From an uncultured Gammaproteobacteria bacterium (GTDB lineage: Bacteria; Patescibacteriota; Microgenomatia; Levybacterales; UBA12049), in assembly GCA_964507055.1 (NCBI GenBank), contig CAZDOJ010000001.1:13210-77209 (forward strand): a DNA stretch of 64,000 bases, in the 5' to 3' direction. Within the stretch, counting starts at the first letter, position 1. Each line of letters opens with the position of its first letter. Under the pieces are notes generated by a model. It was not told where the DNA came from. It saw nothing but the letters and a program-made list of their open reading frames with translations, and ran no database searches. The position numbers and the translations under genes are program-made. Of this stretch, positions 1 through 9,312 are shown piece after piece.

Positions 1-530
1 TGTAGATTGGTAAAGCCATTATCATTGCGGATATCACCGCAGACAGATTGGATCCATGGGTGTAAATTATTAATTCCGAAATTAATATTGATGATGTTCC
101 CACTTGCTGGAGGTGTTGGAGTTACTGCTGAAACAATTCCAAAGTTAAAGCTATTTGATGTTGTATTTCCACTTCCTGTAACGGTCATACAGCGAGTAGG
201 TCCTTGTGTTGTTGTCATGGTATATCCACTTGGAACTGTCGGCATGGCAATACAAAATGTTCCACTGCCATTCATTTGTACATTGTAATTTCCTGAAGCA
301 TTTGTTGTCCCTGCTATTGTCGCTCCAGTGTTTTGATTATTCATTCGTACAGTAGCTCCTGCATATCCAGATTCTCCAGTATCTTTTGTGCCGTTGCTGT
401 TTGTATCTATAAAAACGGAACCAGTATAAATATTTATATTTGTGGCTTGTGCATTTGCCCAATGCACGACCGAAAATCCAACAGAGAAAAGAATAAGAAG
501 ACTTACTGAAAATGAAGCAAAGCGGACCAT
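1..530 (-). CDS. secreted surface protein (N-terminus in window, gene runs off left edge)
   Basis: Absent from the ORF track because it has no in-window stop. Reverse-strand ATG at 530-528 gives MVRFASFSVSLLILFSVGFSVVHWANAQA (signal peptide). This is followed by an SdrD-B/Cna-B-like pattern (FIDTNSNGTKDTGESGYAGATV...). The frame is open to position 1. Confidence 0.6.
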   Translation of the reverse strand, partial: MVRFASFSVSLLILFSVGFSVVHWANAQATNINIYTGSVFIDTNSNGTKDTGESGYAGATVRMNNQNTGATIAGTTNASGNYNVQMNGSGTFCIAMPTVPSGYTMTTTQGPTRCMTVTGSGNTTSNSFNFGIVSAVTPTPPASGNIININFGINNLHPWIQSVCGDIRNDNGFTNL

Positions 531-581
531 AATGTATTCGTATTATCAGTATAGATTATGTGAAGAAACAATACAAAATAT

Positions 582-1328
582 TTATTGACAGCTTGCTCCT
601 CGTGCTCCGTTTGTGTCACATCCTGGTCCGACCGTAACTTGGAAAGAGGCAGGGGGACCATTCAATGGATACGTAATTGCGTATCCTGGGGGGAGGGAAG
701 TATATGAAATTGTCACTGTTCCAGCAGCAAGGTTGGAAATTGTAAATGTTCCATCGGTATTATTTGTTACAGTTCCTCGGGATGCAGTAATTGATGGTGT
801 TCCATTATAGTTTGCTTCACCATTATCCTTATATCCGTTTTTATTCGTATCACTATAAACTGATCCAGCAATTGTATAGACTACTTGTGATGGTGTAGGC
901 GTTGCTGTTGGTGCTGCTGGTGGAGGGAATCCTACATTCATAATAAGATTGCCACAGTTATTCGGGGTGTTACTACATCCTCCATTTGCTTGAAAACTTT
1001 TTGATTGCGACGTTGTTCTGCCATCAGGTAACCGGACCGTAGCTGTGCATGTCGTAAGAGGCATTTGTCCGAGATTAAAACTTCCTGTGGCATCAACTGT
1101 GGTTGTTCTATTTGCATATCCTGAACAGACAGCAGTTATTGTTGTTCCTATTGCTGGAGTATCTATACCACTGTCATAACTGATGATACTTCCTCCACGC
1201 TCATACCATATACGGCCATAGATTTCATTTGTTGCAGCAAAGGCATATTCAGATGAAAAAATTGCGATGGATAAGGGAAAGAACAATAAAAAGATGAAGG
1301 TGAGTTTCCTTAAATGAAACTTATGCAT
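582..1328 (-). CDS. secreted surface protein with SdrD-B-like repeat
   Basis: 248-aa ORF with an N-terminal hydrophobic signal (LTFIFLLFFPLSIAIFSSEYAFA), a PT linker, and the pattern YSDTNKNGYKDNGE...GTFTISNLAAGTVTISY. Confidence 0.65.
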   Translation of the reverse strand: MHKFHLRKLTFIFLLFFPLSIAIFSSEYAFAATNEIYGRIWYERGGSIISYDSGIDTPAIGTTITAVCSGYANRTTTVDATGSFNLGQMPLTTCTATVRLPDGRTTSQSKSFQANGGCSNTPNNCGNLIMNVGFPPPAAPTATPTPSQVVYTIAGSVYSDTNKNGYKDNGEANYNGTPSITASRGTVTNNTDGTFTISNLAAGTVTISYTSLPPGYAITYPLNGPPASFQVTVGPGCDTNGARGASCQ

Positions 1329-1380
1329 ATAAATATACTAGCATACGTATTGGTATTTACATTTTGTTTCAAAAGGTTTT

Positions 1381-3600
1381 CTATTGTCCTGGTTGTGTGG
1401 ATATTTCTCGGATGAAAAGATTGTAATCAATTTGGTTAACATCATTATCATCGTTTAAGTCAGACTTTACACTCTTTTCCGCCAATGCACAGTTTGCAGC
1501 GGCGGTAAGATCACTGTAGCAATCAAGGATTGAATTGTAGTCAAGGATATCAAGTCTGTTGTCATTATTTACATCTCCTGCGACAAGCGGGATTGATGTG
1601 ATCTTATTCTTTTGTCCCGAATTAATTTTCTGAACACCATTCACTTGTCGTCTCAAATATGTGTCTGCCTTCACCTTCATTGTGTATTGACCACTTGGGA
1701 AACCACTTTGGATAGGGATATCTCCGAGGTAATTTCCAGTGCTTGGATTATAGGTAATTGTTCCTGTTCCACTTGCGATGAGTTGATTATTTAGTGTAAA
1801 CACCTGGACGTCAGCTCCGATTGTTGGATGCTTCGGATCTTTGTTACTCAAGGAGTAGTCATTTGGATTTGTGTTGTCTCCACGATTACCAATCCCATCA
1901 AGGAAGACCGTTACATCAATTGTCGTTGTGTTCTCAGGAAGGTTTGGATCGTATGTATTTGGATTTCTTGGATCACTATCGATATGGCAAACTGGATCTC
2001 CGCCGTCAATTAATCCATCACCATTATTATCTTTAGAATCACCGCATGTATTTCCACCGCCTCGTTCACCATCTTTCTTCGGATCATATGAATTAGGATT
2101 CTTTGGATTGCCATCCGTGTGACATGTTGAATCAGCCGCATCTTTGAATCCATTATTGTCATTATCAATCCCGTCTGAGCATCGTGCCTTATCTGTATTT
2201 CCGAAGTGCTTATCATTTGATTGACTTGCGTTGGTTACATTAATTGCATATCCTGAAGGATCTGTTGGCAATGTTTGTGTCCAACCTGATTTCATTTGTT
2301 GTGACAACTTGTATGAACCGTCACAAAGTCCTGTAAATGTGTAATTTCCATTTGTGTCAGTTGTTGCAGTTTTTGTTCCTGCACTTGAAGTTGCTTGAAT
2401 AGTCCAACCTGAAAGTTTCGGCTCATTTGTATCAAATGCACCATTCATATTTGCATCGCTGAAGACAAACCCACCAAGCAATCCTTTACCGATTAACTTA
2501 GAGATTTCCTGATACACACCATCCAATTCACTTGGAGCAGGGAAGTAGAATTTACCACCTGTGAGCTCTGCAACTTGTCTCATGTAATCAGCAGAGAAGA
2601 ATTTGCTATCACCTTGTGCTGCCTCATCACCCAAACCGATTGTAAAGAAAACTGTCTTATTTGCAGCAAAGCCACTCTTTACGGCAGCCAATGCCTTTGC
2701 TTCACCTTCAGCAGCGGGTACTTGTTGGTTATTACCAATAATGTAATTTGCTTGACCATCTGTAAGCATGACTACAACTTTTTTGACCCCTGGTCGGCCT
2801 TTGGATGTAATTTCTTTATTTGCTTCAGCGATACCACATTCCTGACATGTATTTCCGCTTGCTGTCAGTGCATCGACTTTCGTTTTAATAGAATTGTAAT
2901 CAGTGGTAAGTGTGCTACTTAATGTACTATTTGTTGAGAAAGAAACCATACCTATTCTGGTTGTTTCTTCTTGGCCCGCTACAACATCAATAAAATTCTT
3001 TGCAGCATTCTTTGCTTGAACTAATTTATTTGCTTGTCCCATCGAACCTGATCTATCAATAACGAGGATGACGTCTGTCGTGACATTACCACACGTTGCC
3101 GGAACATCTGTTGAAACCTGTGCTGGCTGAGCAAGAGCATTTTGGCATGTTCGTGCTTCATAGGTTGCGGTTCGTTGTTCTGTTTGTGTAGGAGCGTCGG
3201 TATAATCAACTGTAAATGTCACTGTTCCAGCTGCGACAGAAGTTTTTCCTGAGGGGATAGTACTAGTTTTCGTTTCTTCCGGAGCAATTGTCCCTAGTGA
3301 AACTGTTTTTCCAGTGACTTCATCTTTGGCAGTAACTTCGATAGAACGTGATTTGTCGACATTAGTGTATGAAACGCCAACTTCAACTTCACCAGCAGCT
3401 GTACACTGTGATTGGCTTGATTGGAGAACAACTTGTCCTGAAAGTTCTTGATTTGCTGAAGGTTGTACAACTTGTGCTCGTCCACGAAGTTCTTGTTGCT
3501 CACGGAGATTATTTACAATGAGTGGGAGAACAATCATCGCGTATGCGATTCCCACAACCGTCAATGAAATAACTTTCCTTCTGTCTTTGAATCTTCTCAT
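1381..3600 (-). CDS. large surface protein: N-terminal TM anchor, vWA domain, SdrD-B-like domain, Cys/Asp Ca-binding repeats, dockerin-like C-terminus
   Basis: MIDAS motif DVILVIDRSGSM. Repeats CSDGIDNDNNGFKD and CGDSKDNNGDGLIDGGDPVCH. C-terminal paired DxNxDxxxDxxDY repeats (GDVNNDNRLDILDYNSIL, DLNDDNDVNQIDYNLFI). Confidence 0.75.
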   Translation of the reverse strand: MRRFKDRRKVISLTVVGIAYAMIVLPLIVNNLREQQELRGRAQVVQPSANQELSGQVVLQSSQSQCTAAGEVEVGVSYTNVDKSRSIEVTAKDEVTGKTVSLGTIAPEETKTSTIPSGKTSVAAGTVTFTVDYTDAPTQTEQRTATYEARTCQNALAQPAQVSTDVPATCGNVTTDVILVIDRSGSMGQANKLVQAKNAAKNFIDVVAGQEETTRIGMVSFSTNSTLSSTLTTDYNSIKTKVDALTASGNTCQECGIAEANKEITSKGRPGVKKVVVMLTDGQANYIIGNNQQVPAAEGEAKALAAVKSGFAANKTVFFTIGLGDEAAQGDSKFFSADYMRQVAELTGGKFYFPAPSELDGVYQEISKLIGKGLLGGFVFSDANMNGAFDTNEPKLSGWTIQATSSAGTKTATTDTNGNYTFTGLCDGSYKLSQQMKSGWTQTLPTDPSGYAINVTNASQSNDKHFGNTDKARCSDGIDNDNNGFKDAADSTCHTDGNPKNPNSYDPKKDGERGGGNTCGDSKDNNGDGLIDGGDPVCHIDSDPRNPNTYDPNLPENTTTIDVTVFLDGIGNRGDNTNPNDYSLSNKDPKHPTIGADVQVFTLNNQLIASGTGTITYNPSTGNYLGDIPIQSGFPSGQYTMKVKADTYLRRQVNGVQKINSGQKNKITSIPLVAGDVNNDNRLDILDYNSILDCYSDLTAAANCALAEKSVKSDLNDDNDVNQIDYNLFIREISTQPGQ

Positions 3601-3603
3601 ATG

Positions 3604-4812
3604 CTAGTCACCGTTCTGAACGGAGAGTTCTCGTAAGAATAAATTGTAGTCAAAACTATTCACGACACCATTATCATCGATATCAACATTTTCAACTGGT
3701 GTATGTGCTTTACATTCTTCCGTATTAAATTTAGAATTTGCATCTGCGATAGGGAGGGGATTTAATTCTCCATATCCACAATCAAGCATTGCATTGTAAT
3801 CGATGACATTTAAGAAATTATCTCCATTAGAATCACCCGCGACGAGTTGTGTGTCTGGTAATGGATTCTCTTGATCTTTCTGAATCTGCTGAATGCCTGG
3901 AACAAGTCTTCGAAGGTATCGATCGGTTTTGACCTTAATATTGTAGTTGCCAGATTCGATATCTCCCAATCCCATCTTGCCGACAAATGTTCCGGATTCA
4001 CTATCATAGGTAACTGGAGCTGAAGCACTCGCGACAATTTGATTGTCTGTATTAAAAACTTCCACAAGAAGGTTTCTTTGTGGATGGACAGGATTCTTAT
4101 TACTCAAACTATTTCCTGTAGGATTTGGATTATCTCCAGCTGCTCCAACTCCATGCATAAAGAGTGTAAATGTCACAGATGTTCCTGTTATTGTTGGCTG
4201 TGGTACGAGTGTTGCACTTGGTGTGCCAGTTGCTTCACCATTAATGACAATTGTTGCAGGAGTTGTTGAAGAAAGAACATTTTGACTTGCTTGATCGTTT
4301 GCTCCAGAGGAAAGTGCTTGTGACATACTGCCGAACGTAACTGTTGTAGGAGTTCCATTGGTTGGACCAACGGCTGTGAAGTTCACTGTCGCAACTTTTG
4401 TCTTTGTTTGCACTGCTTTTGTAGGATCAGATCCTATACTTACGGATTGGGCAATAGCTTCTGCCGTTGTTACTGGACCTTCAACACTTGAAAAGACTGT
4501 TGAATTTAATGTAATTGGATTTGCAGTGTTGAGTTGGACTTTGGTTGGATCATAGGTGATTTGGTATTTAACGAAGGTAATGAGGTTTGTTCCCGGATCA
4601 ACAGTAATATCGAGGGCGATAGGATCTCCAACATTTTTCGTCAATGGAGCTGCTGTCGTTGATGAAGGCTCAAAAGAAAGCGTTGTAGAGCCTGCTGCTT
4701 TTTGTCGTATGTCTTGTCTTTGAGAAAGTATGGAGATCGTTAATGGGATAGTAAGAAGTACTGCAACAGCAGCGACAATTAGAAAAATTTTCTTCTTATT
4801 TGAAGTGTTCAT
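3604..4812 (-). CDS. surface protein with cohesin-like N-domain and dockerin-like C-terminus
   Basis: N-terminal TM or signal segment (IFLIVAAVAVLLTIPLTISIL). Cohesin-like segment (PIALDITVDPGTNLITFVKYQITYDPTKVQL). The C-terminal ~170-aa module is homologous to that of 1381-3600 and includes GDSNGDNFLNVIDYNAML and DIDDNGVVNSFDYNLFL. Confidence 0.7.
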   Translation of the reverse strand: MNTSNKKKIFLIVAAVAVLLTIPLTISILSQRQDIRQKAAGSTTLSFEPSSTTAAPLTKNVGDPIALDITVDPGTNLITFVKYQITYDPTKVQLNTANPITLNSTVFSSVEGPVTTAEAIAQSVSIGSDPTKAVQTKTKVATVNFTAVGPTNGTPTTVTFGSMSQALSSGANDQASQNVLSSTTPATIVINGEATGTPSATLVPQPTITGTSVTFTLFMHGVGAAGDNPNPTGNSLSNKNPVHPQRNLLVEVFNTDNQIVASASAPVTYDSESGTFVGKMGLGDIESGNYNIKVKTDRYLRRLVPGIQQIQKDQENPLPDTQLVAGDSNGDNFLNVIDYNAMLDCGYGELNPLPIADANSKFNTEECKAHTPVENVDIDDNGVVNSFDYNLFLRELSVQNGD

Positions 4813-4952
4813 ATATTACTTTATTTTACGACCGCTAGACACCATAATGCGGCGTAATTTAATCGTATAGAAGAACTAGGTTGGTGTCAAGAAGTTTTTG
4901 CTGTTGGTTTTGTCTCTTTTCAAAGTGCAAGTGACGTGTTACACTTTTCGTG

Positions 4953-5522
4953 ATGATTTTATCTGACGGAGATATCAAAAAAGCCCTCGCCAGCAAGCGA
5001 ATTGTTATCAAGCCAGCTCCCAATTTGGATGAGCAATTAGGTTCGTGTTCTATTGATTTACGCCTTGGAAAAGAATTCCGAGTCTTTGATCACAGCAAAC
5101 ATCCATTCATCGATCCTTCCAAAAAAGACTACAGTAATGAGATAACCAAAGTTGTAAAAGTAAATAAAGATGGAGACTTTATCATGCAGCCTGGCGAATT
5201 TGTTCTTGCTGTAACTTTGGAAAATGTGAAGATTCCATCGGATATGATGGGACGACTTGAGGGACGATCTTCACTTGGTCGTTTGGGATTGGTAGTTCAT
5301 TCAACAGCATCTACTTTTGATGCAGGTTGGGACGGAAAACCAGTACTCGAATTAGGTAATCTTGGGCGAATGGCAATTAAATTAACCCCTGGGATGAGAA
5401 TTTGTGCAATGGTTTTTGAAGAACTGACATCACCAGCTGAAACTCCATATACCAGTAAGAAATTTGCTAAGTACAAATTTCAGCAAGCACCGGAAGAGAG
5501 TAGAATCCACGAGGATAAATAA
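4953..5522 (+). CDS. dcd: dCTP deaminase
   Basis: MILSDGDI...SIDLRLG...GRLEGRSSLGRLGLVVH is the typical Dcd signature. The ATG at 4953 is preferred over the GTG at 4950 because TGtTACACT (4937-4945) lies 7 nt upstream. Confidence 0.85.
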   Translation: MILSDGDIKKALASKRIVIKPAPNLDEQLGSCSIDLRLGKEFRVFDHSKHPFIDPSKKDYSNEITKVVKVNKDGDFIMQPGEFVLAVTLENVKIPSDMMGRLEGRSSLGRLGLVVHSTASTFDAGWDGKPVLELGNLGRMAIKLTPGMRICAMVFEELTSPAETPYTSKKFAKYKFQQAPEESRIHEDK

Positions 5523-5565
5523 AGCTTTGTCATTCCGAGTTTATTTCGGAATCTTCGTAAAGTAG

Positions 5566-5595
5566 ATCCTGAAGCAAGTTCAGGATGACATTTTT
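5566..5595 (+). terminator. putative intrinsic terminator after dcd
   Basis: 8-bp stem ATCCTGAA/TTCAGGAT (5566-5573 and 5579-5586) with a 5-nt loop. TTTTT follows at 5591-5595. Confidence 0.45.
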
Positions 5596-5600
5596 ACTAT

Positions 5601-6281
5601 ATGTCATACAATATCTCACTTGATTTAGACTTCAAAAGAAATCCACATAAAGGGAGATATTTTGCCTTAGAAGGAATTGATGGAAGTGGCAAAACTTACC
5701 AGACAGATGCACTGACTCAGTATTTTCAGAAGAAAGGTAAAGAAGTAATCGTTGCCCGAGAGCCTCGAAAAGAACACGGCGTCCTGCATGAAGTTATTGC
5801 AAACGTGTTACTCGGAAAAATCAAAATGTCTCCATTGGCTTTGCAATACTTATTTACTGCAGATCGTATCCTCAACCAAGAAGAAACAATCATTCCCGCA
5901 CTTAAGGATGGAAAGATCGTCATTGCGGATAGATCATTTTGGTCAATTATCCCGTACGCTTTATCGGATTTGAAATTGGATTTTACGACAGACGCAACCA
6001 ATTTTATGTTGATGGGTCAGGGGATTTTATCGTCGTATCACCAGACAGTCATTCCGGATAAGATTTTATTTTTGGACATTTCAGTTGATACTGCAATGGA
6101 ACGATTGTCCGGCAAATCCGAAGCAAAGGAAATTTATGAGAAGCGAAGTAAAATCGAAAAACATCACAAAGGATATCATTGGCTTCTCGAACATTATGCT
6201 GATCAATTCTCAATAATCGATGGAGAATGTTCACAAAAAGAAGTAACTGAAAAGATTGTTAAGGAATTACGCAACCAATGA
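5601..6281 (+). CDS. tmk: thymidylate kinase (bacterial type)
   Basis: P-loop FALEGIDGSGKTYQ, followed by VAREP and DRSFWS as in dTMP kinases. Confidence 0.8.
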   Translation: MSYNISLDLDFKRNPHKGRYFALEGIDGSGKTYQTDALTQYFQKKGKEVIVAREPRKEHGVLHEVIANVLLGKIKMSPLALQYLFTADRILNQEETIIPALKDGKIVIADRSFWSIIPYALSDLKLDFTTDATNFMLMGQGILSSYHQTVIPDKILFLDISVDTAMERLSGKSEAKEIYEKRSKIEKHHKGYHWLLEHYADQFSIIDGECSQKEVTEKIVKELRNQ

Positions 6282-6967
6282 AGGGAAAATTAATTGTCAT
6301 CGAAGGGATCGATAGTTCAGGAAAAACAACACAGCTCAAACTACTTCAGCAGCATCTCGAAATAAATAAGATTGCATTTCAAACCGTCGACTTCCCGCAA
6401 TACCAAACATCATTTTATGGCAAAATGATTGCGCGTTTTTTACGTGGAGAATTCGGTCCGTTGCATTATGTGAGTCCATACATTATTTCAGTGATCTATG
6501 CACAAGATCGGGGAAGGGCAAAAGAAGAAATGTATCGGTGGTTGGATGAGGGCCAATTCGTTTTATCAAATCGCTATGCTACATCGAGTATGGCTCACCA
6601 GACTGGACGTTTCCCGATTCGTCAACGGAACGCTTTCGTCAAATGGCTTGAGGAATTGGAATATAAAGAAGTAGGGATTCCTCGCGAAGATATTGTTTTG
6701 TTCCTTGATGTTCCAATTAAAACTGCACAAAAATTAATGCGTAATGATAATCGCATTCAAGAGTATAGAAAAGGTGCAAAAAAAGATATGGTAGAAAAGA
6801 ATAAAGAGTACTTACAGCATTCTGCAGATACATACGAGTGGCTCACCAAAAAATTTCCTCACTGGATCCGGATCAAATGTACAAATAAAAAAGGTGAGAT
6901 GAAAAGTCGCGAAGAGATCCATGAACTTATCAAAAAAACACTTGCAAAGAAGGGCATTATCAAGTAG
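6278..6967 (+). CDS. thymidylate kinase paralog (eukaryote/archaea-like type)
   Basis: IVIEGIDSSGKTTQ P-loop, then VDFPQYQTSFYGKMIARFLRG. Overlaps the upstream tmk by 4 nt (ATGA). Confidence 0.7.
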   Translation: MKGKLIVIEGIDSSGKTTQLKLLQQHLEINKIAFQTVDFPQYQTSFYGKMIARFLRGEFGPLHYVSPYIISVIYAQDRGRAKEEMYRWLDEGQFVLSNRYATSSMAHQTGRFPIRQRNAFVKWLEELEYKEVGIPREDIVLFLDVPIKTAQKLMRNDNRIQEYRKGAKKDMVEKNKEYLQHSADTYEWLTKKFPHWIRIKCTNKKGEMKSREEIHELIKKTLAKKGIIK

Positions 6968-6984
6968 AGTAGAGAAATAAATTT

Positions 6985-7524
6985 ATGATCCTCAGTCCCA
7001 AAACATTACTCGAATTGGTTGAAAAAGAAAAGCTTGTTGAAAACCTTTCAGAGCGAGAATTAAGCAATCCTGAAGGAACAGGGTTTGATTTGCGTCTTGG
7101 TGAAGTCTTCAAGATTTCAGGAAGTGCATTTCTCGGCGAGACTCACAGAAAAACTCCAGATATCGAATCAGTCATGGTCTACGATGAAAAAAAACCACAG
7201 GCAATTAAGATTGCACCAGGCGATTTCTTTCTCGTCAAAACAATTGAAAAGATAAATCTTCCAATAGATCTCTCAGCAGTTATTTTGCCAAGAACAACGA
7301 CATTTCGATCAGGACTTTTCATCCGTACGGGTCCAATTCAACCAGGATATTCTGGTGAATTAACATTTGGTTTGAAAAACGAAGGACCTGTGACAGTTGA
7401 AATTGAGATGGGTGCACGTTTTGTCCACCTCATCTTCCACGAAATTAAAGGCGAAGGTAGCCAATACCGCGGCCAATGGCAAGGCGGACGTGTGTCTGCA
7501 ACAAAGGTTGAGAAACAGGTGTAA
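6985..7524 (+). CDS. dCTP deaminase/dUTPase-superfamily protein (second copy)
   Basis: MILSPKTL...GFDLRLGEVF...PRTTTFRSGLFIRTGPIQPGYSGELTFGLKN matches the dcd/dut fold pattern. Confidence 0.7.
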   Translation: MILSPKTLLELVEKEKLVENLSERELSNPEGTGFDLRLGEVFKISGSAFLGETHRKTPDIESVMVYDEKKPQAIKIAPGDFFLVKTIEKINLPIDLSAVILPRTTTFRSGLFIRTGPIQPGYSGELTFGLKNEGPVTVEIEMGARFVHLIFHEIKGEGSQYRGQWQGGRVSATKVEKQV

Positions 7525-7586
7525 TTGATTCTTCTAATAAGCGATGCAGTAACTATCGTGCTAGCTTCAATGTTATAATGTATGAG

Positions 7587-8303
7587 ATGGCGGAGCGATT
7601 AACACAAGGTAATCGAATTCAAGATTGGGCAATTGCTTTTAAACATCTTGGATTTAAGGCTCAAGCTGAGAAATTGTCTACAGATAGATTGAAAGGGTTT
7701 CGAGAGTTAGAAAGACTTAATCTTCCTCGTTATCGTAGTACAACACTTCCCTTAACAACTTTCTTAGATGAACCGGAAATGCATTTTAATAAATTAGATG
7801 CTAATAAGTATTGGATAAACCTTCCTCCAATTAATCCATCTCTCCAACGTTTTCGTCAAATTGATCTTTCTCGAAAGGATGTAACAACTTTTATAGAAGA
7901 AAATATTCCTACTCACCAAATATCAAATTATAATTTACATCTTTCAGAATATGTTAAAAATTTATATGGTGGTAACATTGTCGTATCAAAAGATGGTCTA
8001 AATGTTTCTATTGAAATGGGAGATGGAGTGCAAAGTCCGATTGCTACTGGGGAAAAGACACCTACATATATTACTAATAGAGATCCTTTTACTGGCATTT
8101 TTAAATATTCCTTTGAAGATAATGATTTGAGGAGAGCTGTATGGAGAACAATTTCTGCTATTCCACATGATGGAGAAGCTCGAGACATGAAATTTCTGCC
8201 TGGATATTATGAATTTATTTTAGCTCACAGAGATTCTACAAAAGCACTTGAACCAATATTTCTTGATTATAGTTCGAGCTCAATCTATCAAATGTCTGAA
8301 TGA
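7587..8303 (+). CDS. hypothetical protein
   Basis: The track ORF starts at 7578. TGtTATAAT (7571-7579) overlaps that ATG and sits 7 nt upstream of the ATG at 7587, so 7587 is preferred. No recognisable motifs. Confidence 0.6.
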   Translation: MAERLTQGNRIQDWAIAFKHLGFKAQAEKLSTDRLKGFRELERLNLPRYRSTTLPLTTFLDEPEMHFNKLDANKYWINLPPINPSLQRFRQIDLSRKDVTTFIEENIPTHQISNYNLHLSEYVKNLYGGNIVVSKDGLNVSIEMGDGVQSPIATGEKTPTYITNRDPFTGIFKYSFEDNDLRRAVWRTISAIPHDGEARDMKFLPGYYEFILAHRDSTKALEPIFLDYSSSSIYQMSE

Positions 8304-8352
8304 ATATTTTCCCACTTGAAACATCGCTTCAAAAAAGGTTATAAATAACACT

Positions 8353-9312
8353 ATGAAAGCCCCTATAAAACACCCTGAATACCAATACCTCGATTTGCTC
8401 CAAGAAGTTCTTGATGATGGGATCAAAAATGTCGATCGTGGAACTGGTGCGGTTTCATATAGTGTTTTCGGACGACAGACTCGCTACGATTTGTCCAAAG
8501 GATTTCCACTTTTAACGACAAAGAAAGTGTATTGGAAAGGCGTTTTGCATGAACTGTATTGGTTCATGGCAGGTATGTCCAATATCAAATACCTCGTCGA
8601 TAACAATGTCCACATATGGGATGATTATCCATTCAAGATGTATAGCCAAAAGAATAAAAAACAATTAACCAAAGAAGAATTTGTCGCGAAGATTGCAGAA
8701 GATGATAAGTTCGCGACAAAATGGGGGAATCTTCCAAAGATTTATGGCGAATCGTGGAGACGCTGGCCGACTCGAACAAATAGGACTATTGATCAACTCG
8801 GTTGGGTTATTCAGGAATTAAAAGATGATCCTGATGCACGTAATTTAATTGTGAATTCTTGGAATCCAGAATACCTTTATACGATGGCAACAATCGAAGA
8901 TGCTTCACGATTCCCGATCTGTCACAATATGTATCAAGTCAGTCAAAAGGGTGGCAAATTATCGTTACAATTGTATCAACGAAGTGCAGACCTCTTTCTC
9001 GGAGTTCCATTTAATATCGCAAGTTATGCATTGCTCACAATTATTCTTGCAAAGATTACTGGTTATGAACCAGGCGAGTTCGTTCATACTTTTGGCGATG
9101 CTCATATCTATGAGAATCACATCCCACAAGTGAAAGAAGAATTGTCACGTAAACCAAAAGATTTCCCAACAATTACGATTGATCCGTCTGTGAAGAAACT
9201 TGATGATTTCCGTCCAGAACATGTGACACTCAATAATTATGATCCGCATCCGGTTCTTCGTGGAGAATTGACTGTCGCTGGCGGTTTGTTTGAAGGAAAG
9301 AAAAAGAAATAA
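8353..9312 (+). CDS. thyA: thymidylate synthase (ThyA, long form with insert)
   Basis: FPICHNMYQV...LYQRSADLFLGVPFNIASYALLT...HTFGDAHIYENH is the canonical ThyA active-site region. Confidence 0.9.
   Translation: MKAPIKHPEYQYLDLLQEVLDDGIKNVDRGTGAVSYSVFGRQTRYDLSKGFPLLTTKKVYWKGVLHELYWFMAGMSNIKYLVDNNVHIWDDYPFKMYSQKNKKQLTKEEFVAKIAEDDKFATKWGNLPKIYGESWRRWPTRTNRTIDQLGWVIQELKDDPDARNLIVNSWNPEYLYTMATIEDASRFPICHNMYQVSQKGGKLSLQLYQRSADLFLGVPFNIASYALLTIILAKITGYEPGEFVHTFGDAHIYENHIPQVKEELSRKPKDFPTITIDPSVKKLDDFRPEHVTLNNYDPHPVLRGELTVAGGLFEGKKKK

Noticed and set aside
7-288. 93-aa plus-strand ORF at the left edge. The same applies to many similar 60-150-aa ORFs antisense to large genes, for example 13518-13880, 14247-14546, 25448-25906 and 58968-59429.
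   Set aside because: Each lies antisense to or inside a longer ORF with clear family signatures. They have odd composition (Cys/Leu/Ser-rich) and no promoter/ATG context of the type seen at real genes.
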